The notes beneath the pieces were generated by a model that was not told the origin of the DNA, did not search any database, and saw only the letters and a list, made by a program, of their open reading frames with translations. Below are positions 1 to 9,894 of a stretch of 64,000 bases of DNA, piece by piece. The position numbers and the translations under genes were made by a program. Position 1 is the first letter of the stretch. Every line of letters starts with the position of its first letter. This DNA is from an uncultured Acidimicrobiia bacterium (GTDB lineage: Bacteria > Acidobacteriota > Terriglobia > Versatilivoradales > Versatilivoraceae), in assembly GCA_963752385.1 (NCBI GenBank), contig CAVVYL010000038.1, positions 4 to 64,003 of the forward strand. Direction: 5' to 3'.

Positions 1-37
1 CTTGAATCAAAGCTAACGCAGTGCACATCAGTTGGTA

Positions 38-1032
38 TCACCGAGTCACTGGAAGGCTCACTTCTCGATCGAACGCCATGGCAATTTCTGTCCCGGAAGC
101 GACCTGAACATCATTTCCCTTGGTCATCAGTGCGCCCAGCGTTCCAACCCCGGCACCCACCGCCGCACCAATCCCAGCTCCCTTTCCACCACCAGCCACT
201 GCGCCGACGAGCGCCCCGGCTCCAGCACCGCCTCCAATGAAAGCCACGTTACGCTTGGTAGTGGACTTACCTGCGACCTCGCCTTCCTGTCCCACCGCCT
301 GCTTCTCACCTTTTTCATCCTCTAGGCTCGCGAGCGATCCGTGGATTTCAATCTTCTCTTTGGTGGGGAGTTCTAGTTCGTAAAACGCTACTGCAACACT
401 TCCGTTTTGCCTTCGCTCCGCTCGCAGCACTTCCGTAACACGCCCATGAACCGTGCTCCCTTCGGGGATGACCACGGTGTTGTCCACCACAACAGGAGCG
501 CTGACGCGGGCAGTGAACGTATCACCCTTCTGTGCTGTGCGGGAACTCAATCCCTGGTTGAGTTGCAGTTGAACAACAGTATCTGTCGGCACGGCAATAT
601 GCTCGGTTTCGCTGGAGGGGTAGGCTGCGCCTGGTCCCTATTCCTCAAGGAGAAGGCAGGTGCGGGTGCACCAGAATCCGTTACAGCTGAACCGAACCAG
701 CGTCTGAGGGCTACGGTTTCGCCGGTTGTCAGACGAAAATTAAGCCGGGATCTTTCCCCCGATCGATCATGAACGGGACGGCGCAATTGCAGACCTGCAG
801 TCCTATCCTGAATGGTGAGGTCTTCGATTTCGGTTCTCGCTACGACGAAGGACTGATCTGGTCTTTCTTCGTCAATGAACACCAGATGATCGCCAGCCAT
901 GACGATCTTGCCAGAGACGGTTCCGAAGGGGATAGCGAGTTCAGCTTTTTGCACCTGGGCAGGGGTTTGAGCGACAAGTAGGCTTGCGCTGCAGACCCAA
1001 ATTGCCAGGCTCCAGACAATGGTCTTCTTCAT
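38..1032 (-). CDS. Secreted protein with C-terminal TrbI/VirB10-like beta domain and glycine zipper (one frameshift near 590)
   Basis: ORF 547..1032 has a signal peptide (MKKTIVWSLAIW). ORF 38..592 has LNQGLSSRTAQKGDTFTARV..VIPEGSTVHGRV and GAGAGALVGAVAGGGKGAGIGAAVG. The two join with one indel. Confidence 0.7.
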
Positions 1033-1483
1033 GATGTTGATTCTCCTTGCAAGGTTTCAGCGCACAACGCGAGTTTCTTAAATCTTCCTTATCGATCATC
1101 GTGCGCCAACTTTGACCAGTAGGTCACGGCACGTTGCTTTCCATCGTCCCCATGCGGTTGGTGAAGTCCTAAGCGATCTGTCGTCAATCAGTTGAGCTCC
1201 AGGCGATTCTTTTGTTGGGTGAGAGGTTTCGACTATCCGGAAAGAAATCTCCCTGAAGGGCAGACATGTGCGTTAAAGAGGAACTGGCCAGCCCTAGCTT
1301 CCCTACGATAACAATCCAGGCTCCTTTTCCTCGCGTGGGACGTTGGGTAAATCAGGCAATGTTTCTACTGGCAAAAACTGGCACGTTATACTAAAAGACA
1401 GCAAACAGGACTCGTCTTGCAGTCCAGTCCTCTATCCACAGACCACTTTGAGCATTCTTTATCTGCTCTCCAAAAAAGAAATC

Positions 1484-1985
1484 GTGAGCGAGGATTTCAA
1501 TCGCCGGGTCATTGAAGCGGTTCCTTGCGGGATCGTCCAAGTAACGCGCGACGGTGGCATCGTCGAGGCTAACTCTGTGGCTCAAGGTGTACTCGGACTG
1601 ACGTTCGACCAGCTCTCTCGGCGCTATGTTGAGGGTCAGGGGTCCGAGACGTTCTGGGAGGATGGAAGGGTCTTTGCAGAACAGGATCACCCGGTATACA
1701 GATGCCTGGCCACCCACCAACCCCAACCTGCCACCACCATCGGTGTGCGCCGAGCAGACGGGCGGATAGCATGGGGAATTTTCACCGCCATCCCTATCTC
1801 GGATTCTGAAACAGGTCAGATGACCGGTGCTCTAGTCACCTTTCTGGACATTACTGAACGCAAGCATCTTGAAGAGCAACTCCGTCAATCCCCAGAAGAT
1901 GGAGGCAGTCGGTAGGTTGGCAGGTGGCATTGCTCACGACTTGGCTCACTCCGGCCAAGATCTACCGAGCATCAGCCTCTGGTAA
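1484..1985 (+). pseudogene. Truncated PAS-domain sensor histidine kinase, ending just after the H-box
   Basis: PAS domain, then DITERKHLEEQLRQS. After a 1-nt shift it reads QKMEAVGRLAGGIAHD, then unrelated sequence and a stop at 1983-1985. No HATPase domain. Start codon uncertain. Confidence 0.8.
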
Positions 1986-2006
1986 AGGACCAGGGAGGAA
2001 CTGAGA

Positions 2007-2572
2007 ATGCCGACGCCGGCTGAACACGAGCTCACCCAAGGAACCGATCACGTCTACCACGAGATACGATCACTCCTTGCTGGACTAGAACTCCCAGGGA
2101 TCATCAAAAACCTCGTGCCAAACGAGTGTATGAAGGAACAGAGTCTCTCGTTCTCGAAGCACGGCTCCTCCACGCCAGGAATTTGATCGCGTTCTTTGCC
2201 GAACACCACCATAAAGACAATCTGATAGCACTCGATTACGGATTCCCGTACCAGCCTTTATCGATAAAAAAGGACGAGGTCGACCGGCTGCACAAGGAAC
2301 TCGCTCACCTCAGCAGAAAACGCGGCCCACGCACCGAGGAAACGAAGGAGTGGCATTATGACGACCTCGAAGGGCCACTCCTGACACGATGCGAACAGTT
2401 CGTCGAACACCTCATCAAGAACCAGCCAACATTCGGAGCAGAGCACCCCGTCACTGACTGGCAACAACTCCTCAATGAGCTGCGCATGCTCATTCCACAA
2501 CCAGTCACCCTAACCTCGTCGCCACCAGTCTTGACGATCTATCGCGCGATATCGGGGAGTTGGTCTGAGTGA
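2007..2572 (+). CDS. HEPN-like (AbiU2-type) helical protein, putative toxin/defence RNase (frameshift near 2130)
   Basis: RBS GGAGG and ATG at 2007. Motifs HVYHE, LEARLLHARNLIAFF and RLHKELAHL (Rx6H-like). Confidence 0.5.
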
Positions 2573-2683
2573 AATGTAGAGGATAGGAGGCGATCCGCCC
2601 TCTCCGTAGTCCAGCGGCTGGCGCATCACTTCGAACACGCTGCGCACTTCGACAGTGCATCATCTACTGAGGTAAATCAGAAC

Positions 2684-2709
2684 GCCCGCCCGGCCGAAGC
2701 CGGGCGGGC
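2684..2709 (-). terminator. Hairpin with a perfect 11-bp stem and UUCG loop downstream of the SSB-like gene
   Basis: gcccgcccggc-cgaa-gccgggcgggc; weak U-tail on the minus strand. Confidence 0.6.
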
Positions 2710-2726
2710 TGTGTTTGGCTGCTGAG

Positions 2727-3017
2727 TTACTCTGGCTCTTGCTGCTTCTGGAAGATGAAGGTGTGAGCCTGATCGGCGACTTTGGCCAGAACTGGAAGGT
2801 CATCGCGGCCGAAGCTTTCGGTCTGCTTCCAGTCGCTTCCGTCCTTGTAGAGCCGGCCGACCGTGACGTTGTAGCGGATGCCGTTGTCGGTTTCGTTCTG
2901 CCAGATGGCAGCTTTGATCCGGCCCATGCGGATCTCGTGGATCGGCTTTCGATTGGTGGCTGCTTCAGCCTTGGGTTCCTGGGTCTTTGGGGTTGCGGGT
3001 TTGGTGTTGTTGGCCAT
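2727..3017 (-). CDS. Small mobile-element protein, putative ssDNA-binding (PC4/Whirly-like)
   Basis: KPIHEIRMGRIKAAIWQNE..RYNVTVGRLYKDGSDWKQTESFGRDDL; RBS AAGGAG upstream. Function is inferred. Confidence 0.6.
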   Translation of the reverse strand: MANNTKPATPKTQEPKAEAATNRKPIHEIRMGRIKAAIWQNETDNGIRYNVTVGRLYKDGSDWKQTESFGRDDLPVLAKVADQAHTFIFQKQQEPE

Positions 3018-3680
3018 TTGAGTTTCTCCTTTTAAGTGAAGAGGATCTTGTTCCTGCACCTCAAGCCGAGGAACAAGTCAGCGGAACGAGGGAAACGACG
3101 CCGGCTTGAGCCGTGGTGAGACGAAGGACTGCAAAAGGCAATAGGAATGACAGGAGTCACTCGCCTGGCGTGAGTTTTGCTGCTGGACGAGTTGAACAGG
3201 CGAGAGCAGGCGGCAACTGGCTCAACAAGCCTCGCCCTCGTGACCCATGAACCGACCGTGAAGCAGCCAATCGAATCCCACGGTGACCAAGGGGCACCTT
3301 CGCAAAATAGACCAGACCACAAACGGTTGTCGGCTTCACTACGACGATCATGAGACCGAGACCCAGATTGAGCCAAGACAACTTTTCAGGAACAAGGACG
3401 TAGCCTCGTTCGCAGTGGGGTCAAAGGCCCTCTCATCCCCCACTCACGCCTGTTTCGCAACCCCAATCAGGCCTGCCTCAGGCACGAATCCCACCTCGTA
3501 ACTTTCTGTCGGCCCTAGCGTCTAAACTAGGGAACATCAAACGGAGATTTACGTATTCGAGAAAAGCAGCGTCACTCTGAAGACACAGGGTTCATTCAAC
3601 CAGCTGATAGAGCAGGAACTCCTCAGAACCGGCCAGAAGGGGAAGGCCTTTTTTCTGAATGTGCATCCACTGGAGGTAAG

Positions 3681-4193
3681 ATGACAATCGACTGGCTTCG
3701 CTGGTCTCTGCTCAGCCAGGGCGTCCTGTTTGCCTACTATCAACTCATCGAGTGGGTTGATCTATTTCCTTGGAACGACATTCGAAATGGCAATGGTCAA
3801 GTGACCGTAGATCTCATTGTTGCCGTTGTAATGGTCGTGCTAGTACTAATCACCACTAGCAGGGTGTGGTGGTTAATGGGAATTCCGCCTCGTCCTTTAC
3901 GGCTATTGGATATGGCTGCAGATTCAGAGCTGGTGGCTGCCATACCTACAAGGTGCTTCTCCTATTTGGAAGCGGGTCTATGGACGCTTCTTCGGCCAAA
4001 CAGTCAAATTCCTTCCTACGGTCGGTGACCATTTGGCGCCAGACGCCTGTCATTTTGTGTTGCAAATGCTTATCTGTGCAGCCTTCGTGACGACGCTTTA
4101 CGCAGGGCTCCAGCTTCGGCGGAAGCTGCTATTGCAGAGGTCAGCCGGAGCCAAGTGATTGTTGACAACAAGAATCGACGCGTGTGGCTCTGA
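3681..4193 (+). CDS. Hypothetical membrane protein, opposite to element orientation (frameshifted; end approximate)
   Basis: RBS GGAGG. Hydrophobic ORF 3681..4028 (YYQLIEWVDLFPWND) continues in a second frame (LQIQSWWLPY..FLPTVGDHLAPDACH). Confidence 0.55.
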
Positions 4194-4212
4194 GGGCCAG
4201 CTCTGATCTGCC

Positions 4213-5082
4213 TCAGCGGTCCACCGGGCTTCTCGGCTCCTCTACAGAACCCGCCGCCTGGATTTCTGCCAATGCCTTCTCGACCGTGCGCCTGGCATAG
4301 CCTTCCGGCTTCCACTTGTCGGGCCGGTATTCCGCAATCGCCTGGATCACTTCTTCTGGGTCCACTCCCAGCGCCAACTTCCGCTTGGCGTAGGCCCAGT
4401 CTCTCTCGGACTGCGTAATGTCCTTCTTCCCGCCAGCACCAGTGGACGTGGCCTTAATCGTGCCTGTTCGCGAGATACCGTCGGAGTTGAATTCCGGAAC
4501 ATTCATCCGGAAGTGTTCGGGCCTGTAAACTTCGTCAGACAGTCTTTGAGCTGTGACTTGGTGGGGTTCTGCGTACTTCTTGTTGTAGAACCCTGGAATC
4601 CGCAGAACTCTGGCCGAGTCCACGACAGCTTGGTCAGCTCCGAACTCGGCGGCCATGACTCGCTGCAAGCTCTCTGCCTGGCCGATGCTGAAATCTTGAA
4701 CCTTCCAAACCGTCTGATATTTCCCTGGCGAGGTGTTGAGAACGTAGTTCGGCTTGGGGATTCTGGGGTCATTCAGAACCTTGTCCAATACCGCTTGGCC
4801 GTCATTATCGATGTCCAGGTAGACGTGGCGAATGGTGTGGATGTCGGCTCGGGTCCTTCCGGTAGCTTCCGGCCTCAGGCTATTGACGGAGACATAGACG
4901 TTGCCACCGCGGACGTTATGAAATCTCAGCCACTTCTGAAAGTCAGGCGAAGCGATGTTCCTGGCCGTATCAATCCGCTGAATGACCTGGTCTTTGTCCT
5001 GGTTCTTGATGACGACGGCCAGGCGGTCATCCGGGTCGTAGTTTTGTTTGATGTAGTCCCAGGAGGTGATTGTGGCTGGCAT
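4213..5082 (-). CDS. RepB-type DNA primase (RSF1010 RepB'-like, AEP superfamily)
   Basis: NVYVSVNSL..RHVYLDID..TSPGKYQTVW..DSARVLRIPGFYNKK, plus a C-terminal helical domain (SERDWAYA). Confidence 0.85.
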   Translation of the reverse strand: MPATITSWDYIKQNYDPDDRLAVVIKNQDKDQVIQRIDTARNIASPDFQKWLRFHNVRGGNVYVSVNSLRPEATGRTRADIHTIRHVYLDIDNDGQAVLDKVLNDPRIPKPNYVLNTSPGKYQTVWKVQDFSIGQAESLQRVMAAEFGADQAVVDSARVLRIPGFYNKKYAEPHQVTAQRLSDEVYRPEHFRMNVPEFNSDGISRTGTIKATSTGAGGKKDITQSERDWAYAKRKLALGVDPEEVIQAIAEYRPDKWKPEGYARRTVEKALAEIQAAGSVEEPRSPVDR

Positions 5083-5100
5083 GGTTCGTTACCTCTCAAG

Positions 5101-5232
5101 CCCCTCACCCTCCCCTCTCCCCGCTTCGGGGAGAGGGCGGGAATCTGGTGGGGAACTCAACCCAGGGTTGTGCTTCGGGACTGTTGTCCCTTCGCTTCAC
5201 CCTGGGCTACCGTCTGTCGCCCTCACAGGGCT
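5101..5232. repeat. Two REP-like palindromes (CCCTCTCCCC..GGGGAGAGGG and CCCAGGG..CCCTGGG types)
   Basis: Hairpins visible directly; similar units occur at 42831-42970 and 49447-49615. Confidence 0.65.
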
Positions 5233-6200
5233 CTCTAAGGCTTGGCTCTTCTGATAGAGGGGCACCAGTTCATACTTGTCAGCCTCCACGTCGTAGCCGC
5301 GGACTTCCAGAAGCTGTGAGACGTAACGGTGTCCGTTCTTGCGCTCGATGTGCAGCAGCAGGTTGATGGAGTCTGCAAAATTGACTTTGATGGCTTTGTA
5401 GGGAAGATCGATATTCGACTGGAGCACACAGCTAACGAACCGCGAAATGGCGTGGTAGGCGGAATTGGCGTGGATGGTGGAGAGAGTGCCGGAATGGCCT
5501 GTGTTCAGGACCTGAAGGAAATCGAATGCCTCGCCGCCTCGGATTTCACCGACGATGATCCGGTCGGGCCGATGGCGAAGCGTAGCCCTGAGCAGGTCAC
5601 GAATTGTGACCGCCGGCGTGTTCGCTTGTTCACGCCGAGCTTCGAAACGGACCAGGTTGCTCCTATGGATGATTATTTCGGCGGTCTCCTCAATGACGAC
5701 GATTCTTTCCTCGTCGGAAATGAAGTCCGCCAAAATGTTCAGCAAGGTGGTCTTGCCGGTTCCGGTGCCGCCGCTGATCAGGATGTTCTGTCGGTCCTCA
5801 ACTTTCTGGCGAAGCAGCCGTGCCAAGTCCTGGTCGAGTGATTCCAGAGCGATGAGATCTTCGATGGTGAAGTGCCTTGCTGAGAATTTTCGGATGCTGA
5901 GGGTAATGCCGTGCAAGCTGCAAGGCGGAATGACGGCGGCAACACGGCTACCGTCAGGCAGACGTGCGTCCAGGATTGGCTTCGTTTCAGAGATGTCGTC
6001 TCCTAACAATCGGGCGATGTTTCTCAAAGCCACATGAAGGGACTTCTCGTTGAGCTGGATACGCGGGAACGGATTCAATCTTTCCCAGCCGCTCGATAAA
6101 GACCCGCGACGAACGCGTTGACCATGATTTCGCTGATCTCGTCGTCACGGATCAGGTGCTCAATGGGCCGGAGGAATGGAAGAATGAGATCAAAGCTCAT
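5197..6200 (-). CDS. virB11: VirB11/TrbB/CpaF-family secretion ATPase (frameshift near 6080-6110)
   Basis: Walker A GGTGTGKT, LRHRPDRIIVGEIRG, GHSGTLSTIHA. The N-terminus MSFDLILPFLRPIEHLI..ISEIMVN is in another frame and its start overlaps the coupling-protein stop. Confidence 0.9.
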
Positions 6201-8193
6201 CAGATGTCACCGTCCGCCAGTTGCTGGAAATACGACTTGTTTGGGTCGCGGTGGTAAGGCTTGAGATAGCAGTAAGCAGGAGGATGCGGATTGACCCCGT
6301 CATAGGCAATCGTGATCGATTGCTGGTTTTTCAATTGGGCGAAGATGTTCTGGTCGAAGATGTAGTCGCGCTGGACGTTGAAGCTCTTCGATGTGGAGAG
6401 CGTGGCCTTGTCGGAGAGGGTCTTTCCGAACAGGAAGCTGACCTTGGCGTCCTGAGAGCTTTCGGTCATGCTGTAATTGACCTTGAGCTTGTCCTCTTTG
6501 CCGCAAAGTTCGCTGGCGAACCTGGTGCTGAAGTCATCGGAGAGCGCCAGAAATATCTTGGTGCGGAACGTCTGGAGCAGCGTTCTCCAGGTCTCACCCG
6601 ATAACGTGCTTTTGAGACTGGAGACGCTCTGGGTTGCGACAATAGGAATGAGCTTCGCCTGACGGGAGAGGCTGAAGGCTTTTTCGTCTCCGCTCGGGTC
6701 GCTCTCCCCGGTTGTGGCGAACAGGTGGTACTCATCGCAGATAAAGAAGATCTGGCGATAGTGCTTGTCGGGCTGAACTGCCATCAACGGAATGCGGTTC
6801 AAGACCGCTCTCTGAAAATCCATCTTCAGAAAGGCGCCCAGCGCTCGGGCCAGACCAGGGTTGAATGAGGTAGGAAAGTTCAAGGCACAGACTTTGCCGC
6901 GCTCAATCAACCAGGAGAAGCCCGGCAACGGTCTGCCGTAGCGGTAGTCCTGGTTTAGCTCCGGGTCATAGCATTGTTTGGGCGGGCAGAACGTCCGTTT
7001 GACCTTAGGATTGTCGTCGAACAAAGACAGGAAGACCGAGATCCCCTCGACGACGCTGCTGCGGAGCTTCTGATCGATGGCGCACCAGTCGTCGTAAAAC
7101 CAGCGCTTGACGGCCTCGAACTGCTCCCTTTTGATGAGGTCTGACCCGATCACCGAACACTCTGAGAGTGGGCCGGTGTAACGGATGCGTTCTCCGGTCA
7201 AATACTCTGTGGCTTTCGGTGTAGTGGGTATCCGGTATTGTTTCAAGCCAGAGTCATAGGCCGGTTCGAACTTGGCTAGCTCGTCGTCATGGTCAAATAC
7301 GACCGGTTCAACCAGGTAGTAGCTTCGGACCTCAAATACCTTCTCCCCCTGCTTGATCTTCGCCTCCAGGCGTTCCCGACTGATGGCACACTCGTAGACA
7401 TCGAACAAGGTGACGTAGTCGTAGAGTATCTTGTGGAGAAGAATGATGAACTTGACCAGATTGGTGTACGCCAGCTGCCAGAAGGGTTCCTTCCCGCGGC
7501 CGAAGAGGTTGGTGAGCAGTGAGGCCACGGCATAGGCAAGCGCGTACGCGTCGAGATCGTTCTGAAACGGGTTGTAACAGTAAGTCGAGTCCAGGCTGAT
7601 TTCAACGTAGTCGCCTTCCCGGTCAAGCTCTTTGAGGATGGAGCGGACCTGGTGGCAGAAATCTCCTTTGACCTCGAGGACCAGGCCACCGATTCGCTTA
7701 GCAGGATCGCCAGCCTTGTAGGCCAGCAGCTGCCGGGTGAAGGGATACATGCAGCCGCTGGTCTTGCCGCTGCCCATGGCACCGAAGATGGCTATGCCGG
7801 TAAACAGACCTCGTTCTGGAAGAATGAGCCAGTGAGGGTTTTCAGCCGACACGGGCTTAGTGGGATGGTGGACCTCGCCGACAACTAGGAAGAGTTCTTC
7901 TCGTCGCCGAGGGTCTGGATAAGGCGGCAAGTGTTGGCCTTGCTCTTACGATGCCGGGAGCTGTAGACAAAGAGGTATAAGAAAGAGGTGAGCAGCGAAT
8001 AGGCGAAAAAAGGCGTGGTGAACAGAAACGAGACATAGGAGTATTTCAAGAAATAGAAAGCCGGAAGGTCCTTCACCCTGATCAGATTCAGAAAGACGTT
8101 GAACTCCGGAAACGGGAATCTGAAATAGAGTGCCAAGCCGGTGGCGGAAGCCGCCAGGAAAGAGAGAAAGATTCGAACCTCCAGGATTTTCAT
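6200..8193 (-). CDS. virD4: Type IV coupling protein (VirD4/TraD-like) with two N-terminal TM helices (frameshift near 7930)
   Basis: Walker A GAMGSGKT, Walker B FFICDEYH, IVATQS. ORF 7885..8193 supplies the TM N-terminus. Confidence 0.85.
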
Positions 8194-8238
8194 GACGCTG
8201 GATCAACTTGCAATGGTAAATGGCTGACCGGTAGTGGG

Positions 8239-8490
8239 TCAGTTTGGAAACTGTTCAATACTGTTCGCCTCTGTCTTCTCGCTTCGGTTGGCAAGATAGG
8301 TTTGAAACGCAGAGTCACTCTGAAAAAGGAAATTGAGAGCTTCCCTGATGACGTAGCTCTGCTCGGAATCGATGAATTCGCAGTAGGCCTTCAGGCGGAT
8401 GAGCGTCGGGCCATCGATCTTGAAAGTGCAGGTCTCAAACGCGACCTTCGCCTGTGGCTTGATCTTAGGTCCACTAAGCTTGAGGGGCAT
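8239..8490 (-). CDS. Ribbon-helix-helix-like protein, putative relaxosome accessory factor or repressor
   Basis: TCTFKIDGPTLIRLKAYCEFIDSEQSYVIREALNFLF fits a strand-helix-helix pattern; RBS AAGGAG; lies beside the oriT-like region. Confidence 0.65.
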   Translation of the reverse strand: MPLKLSGPKIKPQAKVAFETCTFKIDGPTLIRLKAYCEFIDSEQSYVIREALNFLFQSDSAFQTYLANRSEKTEANSIEQFPN

Positions 8491-8510
8491 TGATCTCTCC
8501 TTCGCTGTGT

Positions 8511-8810
8511 TCCGGTATTACCGTGGTAATACCGGATCGATGGATTCAATGGTTGGATCTGGGCCAAGGAACGGGCGGTGGCGACCCTGGAGAGAGGCGA
8601 AGCCACGCGCAACCCAGTAAGGCGCTTGGGGACGGATTTACCGTCCCAAAAGCGGGGTCGCCACCGCCCGTTCCTTGGCCCCCCGAATGGCCCGCAAGCT
8701 CCGCACTGCCGTAGGCTATCTCTGTTCGTCGTGGGAACTTGACGCCTACGGCTGGGTGACATGCAGCGCGGCGAGAAGGGTGACAATTGAAAGTCGTCCT
8801 GTTGTCACCC
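8511..8810. promoter_or_regulatory. Putative oriT / single-strand initiation region with multiple inverted repeats
   Basis: 12-bp IR 8511-8522/8525-8536; perfect 27-bp IR 8561-8587/8655-8681; 7-bp inner hairpin 8629-8647; 9-bp IRs 8708-8716/8744-8752 and 8778-8786/8802-8810. Confidence 0.6.
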
Positions 8811-8816
8811 GTTCCA

Positions 8817-9878
8817 TCAGTCCAGATCACCAAAAACACTGTAGTTCTCTCCGATCTTGTAGGCTGAAAACGAGCCCACCGGAACCTTCTCACCATCGTT
8901 TGAAGTCTCCACTGAACGACTCCGATCACCGTTCTTCCACTCGCAATAGAGCTCTTCGTACTGGCTCCCGACGTACCTTTTCTTCGCCTGGTTCAGGAAG
9001 AGAAGCTCAGTCGCCCCTACCCTTTCGTACTCTTTTGCCTCCCAGCTTTGGCGCAAGTGAAAATACTTCAGCAAGTCCAAATCTTTCGCACCGACCTTGC
9101 ACCCGGCCCTCACGAAGGAATGAAAGATGTCCTGCGCCTGCTTCCATTTGTTCGACGCGTAGTAAATGTAGACCATCCGAATCTCCTCCAATCGGCTGAG
9201 AAGCGTTCCGTACAGGCGCAAGTGATTCAGAAAATCAACGATGCTCGTATACGGTCCAGGGTCCACATACGTGAAATGGACCACAGCGGCGGGAGAGAGA
9301 TCCGAAAGAAAGAGTGGGAATTTGTCGACGAAGTAGCGGACCGTTTCAGTCTCGGAATTGGGAGTCTTGTAGGCTTTGGCCGGTAGGTCAGTGATCGGGA
9401 TGTTCAGGACTTGTGTGAACAGATGGAGCTTCTCCTCCTCGGTCGGGAAGTACAACTGGTTGGGATTTTCGAGGACGTAGTCGAGAGCCAGAAGCTTGGA
9501 TTTGACGTAATCGATCTTGTGGGACCGCCGATGGCGAAGGTCTGGATGACCAAGGCAGCGGTAGATTGCCTTGGAAGTGAGGTGGTAAGCCGTGGCATTT
9601 TTGTTCAGCGGGTAAGTTTGACAGTGCTTGTTGGAACGAAGTTTCTTTAGGAAAGAGGTAGCACGTTTCCCACTTTTGACCTCGGCAAAGTGCATGAAAT
9701 GCCTTCGAAAGAAAACGCCGGAATGCAAGGCCACAAGCCGCAGAAACCGAGCTTCGAGTTCGTTATACCCGAACGCTTTCAATCCCTGAATGGTCGGAGT
9801 TTCGTCGTTCATGAGAGCTACGGCTGAATCGATGCAGGGTTCCGGCCTGGTACCGGTTCCACAGATGATGGTATTCAT
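8817..9878 (-). CDS. Winged-helix-containing protein, distantly Replic_Relax-like
   Basis: FGYNELEARFLRLVALHSGVF (wHTH-like), RHRRSH, YFVDKFP..FTYVD. Assignment is by resemblance and gene context. Confidence 0.5.
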   Translation of the reverse strand: MNTIICGTGTRPEPCIDSAVALMNDETPTIQGLKAFGYNELEARFLRLVALHSGVFFRRHFMHFAEVKSGKRATSFLKKLRSNKHCQTYPLNKNATAYHLTSKAIYRCLGHPDLRHRRSHKIDYVKSKLLALDYVLENPNQLYFPTEEEKLHLFTQVLNIPITDLPAKAYKTPNSETETVRYFVDKFPLFLSDLSPAAVVHFTYVDPGPYTSIVDFLNHLRLYGTLLSRLEEIRMVYIYYASNKWKQAQDIFHSFVRAGCKVGAKDLDLLKYFHLRQSWEAKEYERVGATELLFLNQAKKRYVGSQYEELYCEWKNGDRSRSVETSNDGEKVPVGSFSAYKIGENYSVFGDLD

Positions 9879-9894
9879 GGAAACTCCCTTGCGA

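Noticed and set aside
38-592. Second VirB10 belonging to the conjugative element
   Set aside because: It lies outside the H-box junction and has a glycine-zipper architecture typical of stand-alone host proteins.
1120-1400. Sigma54 promoters (GGCACG at ~1128 and ~1380)
   Set aside because: The -12 TTGC element is not at the correct spacing.
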